Positions 40,987 through 50,223 of a stretch of 62,920 nucleotides of DNA are shown one piece after another; position 1 is the stretch's first letter, and every line of letters starts with the position of its first letter. The stretch comes from an uncultured Clostridium sp. Lineage in GTDB: Bacteria; Bacillota; Clostridia; TANB77; CAG-508. Under the pieces are notes generated by a model, which saw nothing but the letters and a program-made list of their open reading frames with translations, was not told the DNA's origin and ran no database searches. The stretch covers positions 1 to 62,920 of the forward strand of contig CAKNJL010000005.1 in the NCBI GenBank assembly GCA_930982035.1. Direction: 5' to 3'. The position numbers and the translations under genes are program-made.

Positions 40987-41346
40987 GTGAAAAAGATGGT
41001 AATAAAAAGAGGAGATATGTTTTATGCAGATTTAAGCCCAGTAGTAGGTTCTGAACAGGGAGGAGTAAGACCAGTACTAATTATACAGAATGATTTAGGA
41101 AATAAGTATAGTCCAACAGTAATTGCAGCAGCAATAACTTCACAAACAGGAAAAAATAAATTACCAACACATATAGAGATAGATTCAGAAAGCTGTGGAT
41201 TAAAAAATAACTCTGTAGTTTTAGCAGAGCAGATAAGAACTATAGATAAAAGTAGATTAAAAGAAAAAATAGGTCATATAGATGACGAAAGAATAATAAA
41301 TGAAGTAAACAATGCCTTGGGAGTAAGCTTTGGGCTAGAAGAATAA
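40987..41346 (+). CDS. mazF: PemK/MazF (NdoA) mRNA interferase toxin
   Basis: [29 protein letters not shown]...[11 protein letters not shown]. Confidence 0.95.
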   Translation: MKKMVIKRGDMFYADLSPVVGSEQGGVRPVLIIQNDLGNKYSPTVIAAAITSQTGKNKLPTHIEIDSESCGLKNNSVVLAEQIRTIDKSRLKEKIGHIDDERIINEVNNALGVSFGLEE

Positions 41347-41349
41347 TTG

Positions 41350-41589
41350 GGGTATTGGGGGACGGTCCTTGGAAAAAAGGGATTGGGGGACGATCCTTAA
41401 ATCCCTGTTTTTTAAATATTTTAAAATTTATTTCTTACTATTTGAAAACAGGGATTTAAGGACCGTCCCCCAATCCCTTTTTTTCCAAGGACCGTCCCCC
41501 AATCCCTTTTTTTCCAAGGACCATCCCTCAATACCTTTTTTCCAAGGACCGTCTCTCAATCCATCTTCCAAGGAGCGTTACTTAATCCC
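41350..41589. repeat. REPIN-like element with tandemly amplified arms, family B
   Basis: Two left units and five inverted right units (starts 41458, 41487, 41516, 41544, 41570). Confidence 0.9.
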
Positions 41590-41605
41590 TTTTGACACCT
41601 CCATA

Positions 41606-42574
41606 TTAAACTTTTAATTTTTTAATATTTTTAATTTCACTATATAGATTATCAATAATTTTTTTTCTTGTATCATAAGCTTCAATATATTCTTTATGAA
41701 TTTGCTCAAAATTTTCTACTGTTTCACCAGGTTTTAATAACATTTTAATACCTTCCAAGTAATAATTTTTATCTTTGTCTTTTTTTGCTTTATTCATTTT
41801 TTCTTTATACTGTTCCATCTTTTTAAATCTTTTCATGTCATCTAATAGAGAATCAAGATAACCTTGAGTACAAGTGATTTCATAACCAATATCATCAATA
41901 ACAACTTTGAATAGAGTACGAACTATAACAGCATTACTTTTACCAAGTTTAACTTCTTCTGCAAGACGACCTAAGCTTCCAGAGTAATCTGGAGTAACAG
42001 AAGGTTTGGTTTCGTCAATCAAAATTTTTAATGTATCAGAAATACCAACATGAGACTTATATTGTCTTTTACTTACAATAGCGTCATATTCATCAGCTAC
42101 TCTAATAATTTGACCTTCATAAGGTATGTCTTTTTTCGTTAAACCTTGAGGATAACCAGTACCATTTAAAGCTTCATGATGATATAAAGGACCTGCAGCA
42201 TAAGGCCTTAATTTTAAGTCTTTCATACACATTTCATATCCTAAAGTAGTATGTGTTTTCATAACTTCATATTCTTCATCTGTTAATTTTCCAGGTTTTT
42301 GTAATATTGCAGGTGGTATAAATAATTTACCGATATCATGTAAATATGCACATATTGTACAATATTCTGTAAAACCTTTGTTACAATGTAAATATTCACA
42401 AAGTCTACAAGTTAAAGCAGCAACATTTTCACAGTGTTTTCTTGTGAAAACATCTAATGTGTCTAGCATATCTAATTGATATCTCATGGTTTTATCTAAA
42501 TTGTATGATTTTAGACTTGTTTTATCATAAAAATCAAATTCTGGTTGTTTCATATAAAAAATCATTCCCTTCAT
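41606..42574 (-). CDS. HD-GYP domain protein
   Basis: LHDIGK, HHEALNGTGYP, ADEYDA; true start may be ATG 42553. Confidence 0.9.
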   Translation of the reverse strand: MKGMIFYMKQPEFDFYDKTSLKSYNLDKTMRYQLDMLDTLDVFTRKHCENVAALTCRLCEYLHCNKGFTEYCTICAYLHDIGKLFIPPAILQKPGKLTDEEYEVMKTHTTLGYEMCMKDLKLRPYAAGPLYHHEALNGTGYPQGLTKKDIPYEGQIIRVADEYDAIVSKRQYKSHVGISDTLKILIDETKPSVTPDYSGSLGRLAEEVKLGKSNAVIVRTLFKVVIDDIGYEITCTQGYLDSLLDDMKRFKKMEQYKEKMNKAKKDKDKNYYLEGIKMLLKPGETVENFEQIHKEYIEAYDTRKKIIDNLYSEIKNIKKLKV

Positions 42575-42841
42575 TAATGAATATATATTATTTTACGTGT
42601 CTTATACTCTCAAAAATATAATAACATTAAATAAAAAAAACTGCAAGTGGAATTTCCCGGTCTTTTTTTTGAATTTATAATGAAAGATTTAGAAATAAAT
42701 GCTATAATATTTTTAAAGTAGTATTATTTAATTTTACAGATAGTGTTTGCAAAAAAATAAAGTTAGTTTAGTGATTCTGAACAAATAAGAAAAATATAAA
42801 GAGAAGGAGGAAATGTATATTTAAAAATATACAGATATAAA

Positions 42842-43345
42842 ATGGAATATTTAGATTTGGTTAATGAAAATGATGAAGTAATAGGAAAAGAAGAAAGAGA
42901 TATTATTTATAAAAATGGATGGAGAAATTTTAGAGTTATCAACATTATGATATTTACAAGTGATAATAAAATTATAGTTCCTAAAAGAAGTGCTAATAGA
43001 AGGGTTTTCCCTAACTGCTATGATTGTTCAGTTGGCGGACATGTATCTTCAGGAGAAACTTATGAACATGCAGCTTATAGAGAACTAGAAGAAGAATTAG
43101 GAATAACAAATGTTGAATTAGAAGAAATAGGATATTTTAAACCAAATGATCTTAATACAAGTGCTTTTTCTAAAATGTATAAGTTAGTCTATGACAAAGA
43201 ATTAAACTATGATAAAGAAGGAATACAAGCAATCTATTATATGACAAAAGATGAAATTAACAAATTAATACAAGAAGATGAGACACAATTTAAAGGTGAT
43301 TATCCTAAGTTTTTCAAATGGTTGCAAAAAAATAAAATTATTTAA
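42842..43345 (+). CDS. NUDIX hydrolase (IDI-like subfamily)
   Basis: GGHVSSGETYEHAAYRELEEELG Nudix box. Confidence 0.9.
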   Translation: MEYLDLVNENDEVIGKEERDIIYKNGWRNFRVINIMIFTSDNKIIVPKRSANRRVFPNCYDCSVGGHVSSGETYEHAAYRELEEELGITNVELEEIGYFKPNDLNTSAFSKMYKLVYDKELNYDKEGIQAIYYMTKDEINKLIQEDETQFKGDYPKFFKWLQKNKII

Positions 43346-43454
43346 AAGCAAAATTATGCAAAACGATAAAATGTAATATATTGTACAATTTGTGCAGAAA
43401 GAAGAATATGAATTTTTTTACTCTATATAAAAATTAGATGGATTAGGGCCCCCC

Positions 43455-43483
43455 TTGACTTTTAAGGGATTTTTATGTATAGT
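43455..43483 (+). promoter_or_regulatory. sigma-A promoter of pyrB
   Basis: TTGACT-17 nt-TATAGT. Confidence 0.7.
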
Positions 43484-43512
43484 ATTAGGAGATTAAAATA
43501 AAGGAGGAAACA

Positions 43513-44427
43513 ATGAAACATTTAATTGATATTAAAGATTTATCAACAGAAGAGATTGACGGACTTATAGAAGTTGCAAAAGATATAATTGCAAACAAAG
43601 AAAAATATTCAAAAAAATGTGAAGGCAAAAAATTAGCAACATTGTTTTACGAACCAAGTACAAGAACAAGATTAAGCTTTGAAGCAGCAATGATGGAATT
43701 AGGAGGAAATGTATTAGGATTTTCATCAGCCAATTCTAGTTCAGCTGCAAAAGGAGAAAGCGTAGCAGATACAGTAAGAGTAATTGGTGGATATGCTGAT
43801 ATTATTGCAATGAGACATCCAAAAGAAGGAGCACCATTAGTAGCTGCAATGAAGTCAGAAGTACCAATAATAAATGCAGGAGATGGAGGACATAATCATC
43901 CAACACAAACTTTAACAGATTTATTAACTATTCAATGTGAAAAACACAGGCTATCTGATTTAACAATAGGAGTCTGTGGTGATTTAAAATTCGGAAGAAC
44001 AGTTCATTCTTTATTAACAGCAATGTCAAGATACACAAATATTAAATTCGTTTTGATTTCACCAAATGAATTAAAAATACCAGATTATATAAAAAGAGAT
44101 GTACTAGAAAAAAACAATATAAAATATATAGAAACACAAGATATAGAAGAATACATGTCAGATTTAGACATTTTATATATGACTAGAGTTCAAAAAGAAA
44201 GATTTTTTAATGAAGATGATTATATCAGATTAAAAGATTATTATATTTTAAATAAAGAAAAATTGGAAAAAGCAAAAGAAGATTTATGTATTATGCACCC
44301 ATTACCAAGAGTAAATGAGATATCAGTAGATGTAGATGATGATAAGAGAGCTTGCTATTTTAAACAAGCAAAATATGGTAAATATATCAGAATGGCACTA
44401 ATACTAAAATTATTAGAAATAAATTGA
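43513..44427 (+). CDS. pyrB: aspartate carbamoyltransferase catalytic subunit
   Basis: [27 protein letters not shown]. Confidence 0.97.
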   Translation: MKHLIDIKDLSTEEIDGLIEVAKDIIANKEKYSKKCEGKKLATLFYEPSTRTRLSFEAAMMELGGNVLGFSSANSSSAAKGESVADTVRVIGGYADIIAMRHPKEGAPLVAAMKSEVPIINAGDGGHNHPTQTLTDLLTIQCEKHRLSDLTIGVCGDLKFGRTVHSLLTAMSRYTNIKFVLISPNELKIPDYIKRDVLEKNNIKYIETQDIEEYMSDLDILYMTRVQKERFFNEDDYIRLKDYYILNKEKLEKAKEDLCIMHPLPRVNEISVDVDDDKRACYFKQAKYGKYIRMALILKLLEIN

Positions 44428-44569
44428 AAATGTTTACATGCATAAGTATTTAAGAAACGATAAAATAATAATAGATTTTCAATGAAATAATTAAATATAT
44501 ATTTATGAATTTCTAAATGAAATATAAATGAGAGTAGTGCTATATTAAAGATAGAAGGGAGAATAAAGA

Positions 44570-44989
44570 ATGAATATTGATAGCATAAGAAATGGTTATG
44601 TAATAGATCATATACAAGCTGGAAAAAGTTTTGAAATATACAATTATTTAAATTTAGGAGAGTTAGATACATCTGTTGCAATAATAAAAAATGCTAAAAG
44701 TAATAAAACAGGAAAAAAAGATATAATTAAAATTGATGAAAAGTCAGATATTAATTTAGATATATTAGGATATTTAGACCCAAATATAACTGTAAATAAA
44801 ATAAAAGATGGAAAAATAGTAGAGAAGTTTCATCCTAGTCTTCCAGAAAAATTAGTAAATATTATAAAATGCAAAAATCCTAGATGTATTACATCAATAG
44901 AACAAGAATTGCCACACATATGTGAATTAACAGATAGAGAAAATGTAGTATATAGATGTAAATATTGTGAGGAAATGGTAAATAGATAA
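44570..44989 (+). CDS. pyrI: aspartate carbamoyltransferase regulatory subunit
   Basis: NGYVIDHI, KKDIIKI, CKNPRCIT, CKYCE. Confidence 0.95.
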   Translation: MNIDSIRNGYVIDHIQAGKSFEIYNYLNLGELDTSVAIIKNAKSNKTGKKDIIKIDEKSDINLDILGYLDPNITVNKIKDGKIVEKFHPSLPEKLVNIIKCKNPRCITSIEQELPHICELTDRENVVYRCKYCEEMVNR

Positions 44990-45106
44990 TAGATATTTTA
45001 GAAAAGTTACGAGAAAATTAAAAAAGTGATACATAGTATTTGTGTACAAATTAATAGAGTTGTGAGGATTAGAAAATAAATTAAAAAACGGAAAGGATAG
45101 ATAAAA

Positions 45107-46384
45107 ATGAAAATATTATTAAAAAATGGAACTGTAATTGACTACAAAAACAAATTAAATGATAAGTATGATATATTAATAGAAGACGAGAAAATAGTAA
45201 AAGTTGATAAAAATATAAACGAAACAGTTGATAAAGAGATTGATTGTACAAATTTAAATATTATACCAGGAATGATAGACATACATTGTCATTTAAGAGA
45301 GCCAGGAGGAGAGCATAAAGAAACAATAGAAACAGGTTCAAAAAGTGCAGTTGCAGGAGGATTTACAACAATATGTCCAATGCCTAATACAAAGCCAACA
45401 CCAGATAATGTTGAAACATTAAAATATATAATAAATGAAGCTAAAAGAGTAAACTTATGTAACATATTACCATATGCATCTGTAAGCAAAGGTGAAAAAG
45501 GTGAAGAGCTAGTAAACTTTGAAGAATTGAGAAATGCAGGAGCAATTGCATTTTCTGATGATGGTATGCCAGTTGTAAATAGTAGAATGATGAGACAAGC
45601 AATGATAGAAGCAGACAAATTAGGAACATATGTAGCATCACACTGCGAAGAAAAATCTGTATCAGCAGGTGCAATAAATGCAGGACCTGTAGCAGATAAG
45701 TTAGGAGTACAAGGTGTATTACCAGAAGCAGAAGAAATAATGGCAGGAAGAGAAATAGTAATATCAGAAACAAACGATGTAAGAGGGCATATATGCCATA
45801 TTAGTACAAAAACAAGTAAAAATATGATAAGAGATGCAAAAAAAAGAGGAGTAAAAATTACTTGCGAAACATGTCCACATTACTTTACATTCACAGTAGA
45901 TGAAGTTTTGAAATCAGGAACAAACGCAAAAATGAATCCACCATTAAGAGAAGAAAAAGATAGACAAGCTATTATAGAAGGCTTAAAAGAAGGAACAATT
46001 GACTGTATTATTACAGACCATGCACCACATGCAGAAGACGAAAAAAATGTAGAACTATCAAAAGCACCAAATGGAATAATCGGATTTGAAACAGCACTTC
46101 CAGCTGAAATTATGAATTTAGTAGACCCAGGACACATAGATTATCTAAATCTAGTAAGACTTACTTCATATACACCTTCAAAATTATTACATATTGATAA
46201 TGAAAGAGGAAGTATTGAAACAGGAAAAATGGCAGACATCACAATATTTGATCCAAATGAAGAATATGTATATACAAAAGATATGATATTATCAAAATCT
46301 AAAAACAGCCCATTTATAGGAAAAACACTAAAAGGAAAAGTAAAATATACAATAGTAAATGGAAAAATAGTATATGAAGGATGA
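45107..46384 (+). CDS. pyrC: dihydroorotase
   Basis: DIHCHLREPG, MPNT, KMNPPLR, TDHAPH. Confidence 0.96.
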   Translation: MKILLKNGTVIDYKNKLNDKYDILIEDEKIVKVDKNINETVDKEIDCTNLNIIPGMIDIHCHLREPGGEHKETIETGSKSAVAGGFTTICPMPNTKPTPDNVETLKYIINEAKRVNLCNILPYASVSKGEKGEELVNFEELRNAGAIAFSDDGMPVVNSRMMRQAMIEADKLGTYVASHCEEKSVSAGAINAGPVADKLGVQGVLPEAEEIMAGREIVISETNDVRGHICHISTKTSKNMIRDAKKRGVKITCETCPHYFTFTVDEVLKSGTNAKMNPPLREEKDRQAIIEGLKEGTIDCIITDHAPHAEDEKNVELSKAPNGIIGFETALPAEIMNLVDPGHIDYLNLVRLTSYTPSKLLHIDNERGSIETGKMADITIFDPNEEYVYTKDMILSKSKNSPFIGKTLKGKVKYTIVNGKIVYEG

Positions 46385-46407
46385 TTTGGGGACGGAGAAA
46401 AAATCAT
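46380..46407 (+). repeat. single REP-like unit, family A, overlapping the pyrC stop codon
   Basis: GATGATTTGGGGACGGAGAAAAAATCAT, identical to 8968-8995. Confidence 0.9.
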
Positions 46408-46475
46408 TAAGTCAGAAGACATAAATTTTAAAATTGAAAGTAATCAATATTTGATAAGAAAGAGAGGAAATAATT

Positions 46476-46833
46476 TTGGAAAATGTATTTATAGAATATC
46501 CGAAATGTTCAACTTGTAAAAAAGCAAAACAGTGGTTAGAAAAAAATAATATTAAATTTCAAGATAGGAATATTGTTTTAGAAACTCCAACAGAGAAAGA
46601 GCTAGAAACATGGATAGAAGCAAGTGGATATGAAATAAAAAAATTTTTTAATACTAGTCGGATTAAAATATAAAGAATTAAATTTAAAGGAAAAATTGCC
46701 AACAATGTCAGATAAAGAAAAAATAAAGTTGCTTTCATCTGATGGGATGTTAATTAAACGCCCATTGTTAATAACTAAAGAAAAAATATATATAGGATTT
46801 AAAGAAAATGAGTGGGAAGAGTTAAAAAAGTAA
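46476..46833 (+). CDS. ArsC/Spx-family protein split by a +1 frameshift at 46659
   Basis: Frame 0 reads YPKCSTCKKA...FFNTS. The +1 frame from 46660 reads GLKYKELNLKEKL...DGMLIKRPLL...GFKENEW. Joined product is 118 aa. Confidence 0.88.
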
Positions 46834-46900
46834 AGTGAATTTCAGGTTTATAGGTAAATCCTGTATAAAAAACTAAATATATTATGCGAGGTGAAGAAAA

Positions 46901-47827
46901 ATGTCAAATGCAATGGATAAATTAATTGATAAAATTAAAGAAACCAATAATCCAACAGTTATCGGTTTAGACCCTAGATATGAAATGATACCAGAATATA
47001 TTAGAAATAAATATGAAAAAAATTTAGAAGGAGTATCAAAAGCTATATTAGAATTTAACAAGAAATTAATAGATGCAACACATGATATTATACCAGTTGT
47101 AAAACCTCAAATAGCATTTTATGAAATGTATGGTTTAGAAGGAATGAAAGCCTTTGAAGAAACATGTAAATATGCTAAAGAAAAAGGAATGTTTGTTATA
47201 GCAGACATCAAAAGAGGAGATATAGGAACAACAGCAAAAGCATATTCAAATGCCTTTTTAGGAAAAACTAAAATAGATGAAAAAGAAGAAAGTATATATG
47301 ATGTTGATTTTGTAACATTAAATCCATATATGGGAATAGATGCAATAAAACCATTTATAGAAGATTGCAAAAAATATGATAAAGGTGCATTTATTTTGGT
47401 AAAAACTTCAAATCCATCTTCTGGAGATTTACAAGATTTAAAATTAGAAAATGGCGAAGAAGTATACACAAAAGTGGTAAAACTTGTGGAAGAATGGGGT
47501 GCAGATTTAGTTGGAAAATACGGATATAGTAGCATATCAGCAGTTGTTGGAGCAACTTATCCAAAACAATTACAAGATTTAAGAAAAATAGCACCACATA
47601 CATTTTTCCTAATACCAGGATATGGTGCTCAAGGTGGAAAAGCAGATGATATTGCACTAGGTTTTGATGAAAATGGAATAGGTGGAATTGTAAATAGTTC
47701 AAGAGGATTAATGTGTGCATATAAGTCAGATTTATGGAAAGATAAATACACAGAGGAAGAATTTGAAAAAGCAACAAGAGCAGAAGCAATTAGAATGAGA
47801 GATGAATTGAACAAATACATAAAGTAG
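46901..47827 (+). CDS. pyrF: orotidine-5'-phosphate decarboxylase
   Basis: GLDP, KPQIAFYE, DIKRGDIGTT, PGYGAQGG. Confidence 0.96.
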   Translation: MSNAMDKLIDKIKETNNPTVIGLDPRYEMIPEYIRNKYEKNLEGVSKAILEFNKKLIDATHDIIPVVKPQIAFYEMYGLEGMKAFEETCKYAKEKGMFVIADIKRGDIGTTAKAYSNAFLGKTKIDEKEESIYDVDFVTLNPYMGIDAIKPFIEDCKKYDKGAFILVKTSNPSSGDLQDLKLENGEEVYTKVVKLVEEWGADLVGKYGYSSISAVVGATYPKQLQDLRKIAPHTFFLIPGYGAQGGKADDIALGFDENGIGGIVNSSRGLMCAYKSDLWKDKYTEEEFEKATRAEAIRMRDELNKYIK

Positions 47828-47974
47828 AAAGCTTGGTAAAATAGAAAATACAAGAATAACATAAGGTATGCAAAAAATTGAATTACTAAAAAATAAACTT
47901 GATAAAGTTGATGTAAAACTAAATATATAAAAGTACCTATGGAAGAGATTGTTAGAGAAAAAGGAGAATAAAAA

Positions 47975-48397
47975 ATGAAACCAGGTAAAGATTATATAGG
48001 AGTAGGATGTGGTGCATTCATTTTAAATGAAGAGGGAAAAGTATTGTTACAGCAAAGAAATAAAGAACCAGAAAGAGGATATTGGAGTATACCAGGCGGG
48101 AAACTGGAATGGATGGAAACTTTTGAAGATGCAGTTAAAAGAGAAGTAAAAGAAGAATGTGATGTAGATATACAAGTAGAAAAACTTCTAGGAATATGTG
48201 ACCATATTGTAAAAAATGAAAATCAACATTGGGTATCTCCAAGTTTTTTATGTAAGATAACAAATGGAGAACCAAAAATTATGGAACCAACAAAACACAC
48301 AGATATGAAATGGTTTAGTTTAAATGAATTACCTGAAAAACTGACAATAACAACACAAAATGCAGTTAGACATTACAAAGATTATAGTAAACAATAA
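47975..48397 (+). CDS. NUDIX hydrolase
   Basis: PGGKLEWMETFEDAVKREVKEE Nudix box. Confidence 0.9.
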   Translation: MKPGKDYIGVGCGAFILNEEGKVLLQQRNKEPERGYWSIPGGKLEWMETFEDAVKREVKEECDVDIQVEKLLGICDHIVKNENQHWVSPSFLCKITNGEPKIMEPTKHTDMKWFSLNELPEKLTITTQNAVRHYKDYSKQ

Positions 48398-48451
48398 AAA
48401 TATGATAAAAACTAAATTTTTAATTTATAATTAAAATCATAAATAAAACTA

Positions 48452-48511
48452 GATTGAAGGAGTGTCCCCTAATCCCTGTTTTTAGGGATTGAAGGACCGT
48501 CCCTCAATCCC
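48452..48511. repeat. two tandem REP-like units, family B
   Basis: GATTGAAGGAGTGTCCCCTAATCCC and GGGATTGAAGGACCGTCCCTCAATCCC, directly before the pyrK SD. Confidence 0.85.
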
Positions 48512-48526
48512 TAAGGAGGAGAAAAA

Positions 48527-49318
48527 ATGCCAAAGCAAGTATTAGCAAAATTAATAGAAAAGCAAGAAATTATTAAAGGAATTTTTAAATTTAGTGTAAA
48601 AGCAAGTGAAATTGTAGAAACATCTAAGCCTGGAAATTTTATTGAAATAAGAGTAACAGACCAAGTAGAGCCATTTTTAAGAAGACCAATTAGTATATAC
48701 AACTTAGATAGAAAAAATGGAATATTAGAATTCATATTTCAAGTAAAAGGAAAAGGTACAGAAATATTATCCAAAAAAGAAGTAGGAGATAAGATTGATA
48801 TTATAGGACCATTAGGATATGGTACTTTTAAAACTGAAAAATACAATAAATTAGCAGTTATAGGAGGGGGAATAGGAATATTCCCATTATATGAACTTTC
48901 AAAAGAAGCAAAAGCACAAAAAAAACAAGTGAGCTGTTATTTAGGATTTAGAAATAAAGATTTTGTAATGTTAGAAAAAGAATTTGAAGAAGTAACAGAT
49001 AATCTAACTATTACAACAGATGATGGAAGTTACAAAAATAAAGGTTTTGCAATTGATTATCTAATAAAAGATATGGAAAAAGAAAAATATGATTGCATAT
49101 ATGCTTGCGGACCACTTCCAATGTTAAAAGCAGTTCAAAAATATGCTCTTGAAAATAATATTGAATGTCAATTGTCATTAGAAGAAAAAATGGGGTGTGG
49201 ATTAGGTGTATGCTTAGGATGTGCTGTAAAAACAGCCCAAAGTCCAAAAGATGCTCCAGAATATTTCCATGTTTGTAAAGGTGGTCCAGTATTTAATGCA
49301 AGAGATGTAGAAATTTAG
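48527..49318 (+). CDS. pyrK: dihydroorotate dehydrogenase electron transfer subunit
   Basis: RRPISI, GGGIG, CGPLPM, MGCGLGVCLGC...VCKGGPVF. Confidence 0.95.
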   Translation: MPKQVLAKLIEKQEIIKGIFKFSVKASEIVETSKPGNFIEIRVTDQVEPFLRRPISIYNLDRKNGILEFIFQVKGKGTEILSKKEVGDKIDIIGPLGYGTFKTEKYNKLAVIGGGIGIFPLYELSKEAKAQKKQVSCYLGFRNKDFVMLEKEFEEVTDNLTITTDDGSYKNKGFAIDYLIKDMEKEKYDCIYACGPLPMLKAVQKYALENNIECQLSLEEKMGCGLGVCLGCAVKTAQSPKDAPEYFHVCKGGPVFNARDVEI

Positions 49319-49369
49319 ACAAAACGGGCCAGGTCATAAATCGTATCTTTATTTCGACAAAATACGACA
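49318..49369 (+). repeat. single arm of family E
   Basis: GACAAAACGGGCCAGGTCATAAATCGTATCTTTATTTCGACAAAATACGACA matches 39085-39135. Confidence 0.8.
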
Positions 49370-49447
49370 GACTTTAGAAACACTATAAAACTTTTTAGTT
49401 TGCAATACAAATACAATGGAGTTATTTTAAAGAAAAGAGGAATAGAA

Positions 49448-49996
49448 ATGCCAGGATTTACAATACATTTGGCAATAGCAAATGAATATGCAAAAAAGAA
49501 TAAAGAAAAAGTAAAGAATATGAATGAATTTTTAGAAGGAACAATTGCACCAGACTATATATTTTTGACCAACCAAGATATAAGTAAAAATATAACACAT
49601 TATGGTAAATGGGGAGATTGGACAACTAATGATCAAGAAATATATTTTGATAAATTTCTTGAAGACAAAAAGGTAGATTTACAAAATGATTATTGGAAGG
49701 GATATTTTTTACATCTATTAGTAGATTATTATTTTGGTAAAAAATATTTTTATGAAGAAATGAAAAAGGCCAAAGAAAATAAGGATAAATTTTATAATGA
49801 TTATGATTGCACAAATAAAGAATTGATTGAGAAATATAACATCAAAATAATAGACAAAATAAAAAAATATATGAGTTGTATAGAAGAAAAGCCAAAATAT
49901 TTAAAGATAGATAAAGTAAATAAATTTATAGAAGACATGGCTAATTTGAATTTAGAAGAACAAGAAAAAACAATAAAAGAATATGGAACAAAATAA
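49448..49996 (+). CDS. hypothetical protein, zinc-dependent phospholipase C-like
   Basis: MPGFTIHLAIA, GTIAPD, THY and GYFLHLLVD metal-ligand pattern. Confidence 0.6.
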   Translation: MPGFTIHLAIANEYAKKNKEKVKNMNEFLEGTIAPDYIFLTNQDISKNITHYGKWGDWTTNDQEIYFDKFLEDKKVDLQNDYWKGYFLHLLVDYYFGKKYFYEEMKKAKENKDKFYNDYDCTNKELIEKYNIKIIDKIKKYMSCIEEKPKYLKIDKVNKFIEDMANLNLEEQEKTIKEYGTK

Positions 49997-50223
49997 CTTA
50001 TAAAAAAATAACTATTCAAACTTAAAAATGTATGCCTATTTTATTGAATGTAATGCAAGCATACAGATTAAAAAGAATTATTATTTACGATATAGATATT
50101 TAATCTATGCAATTACAGTCAGAAAACTGTAATAAAACAAGATTTATATGTTGCAGACATATTATGTCAGATAAAGTAAATTTAATAATAACTAATAATA
50201 ATTAAATCAATGGAGGAAAAATT

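Noticed and set aside
41458..41589. CRISPR array
   Set aside because: The units are directly tandem with only T-run linkers and no unique spacers, no cas genes are present, and the units belong to dispersed repeat family B.
41369..41617. 82-aa ORF with FFQGPS repeats (likewise 56725-56928, 56716-56961, 26556-26906, 31856-32053)
   Set aside because: These are chance translations of the palindromic repeats, with no convincing SD or domain.
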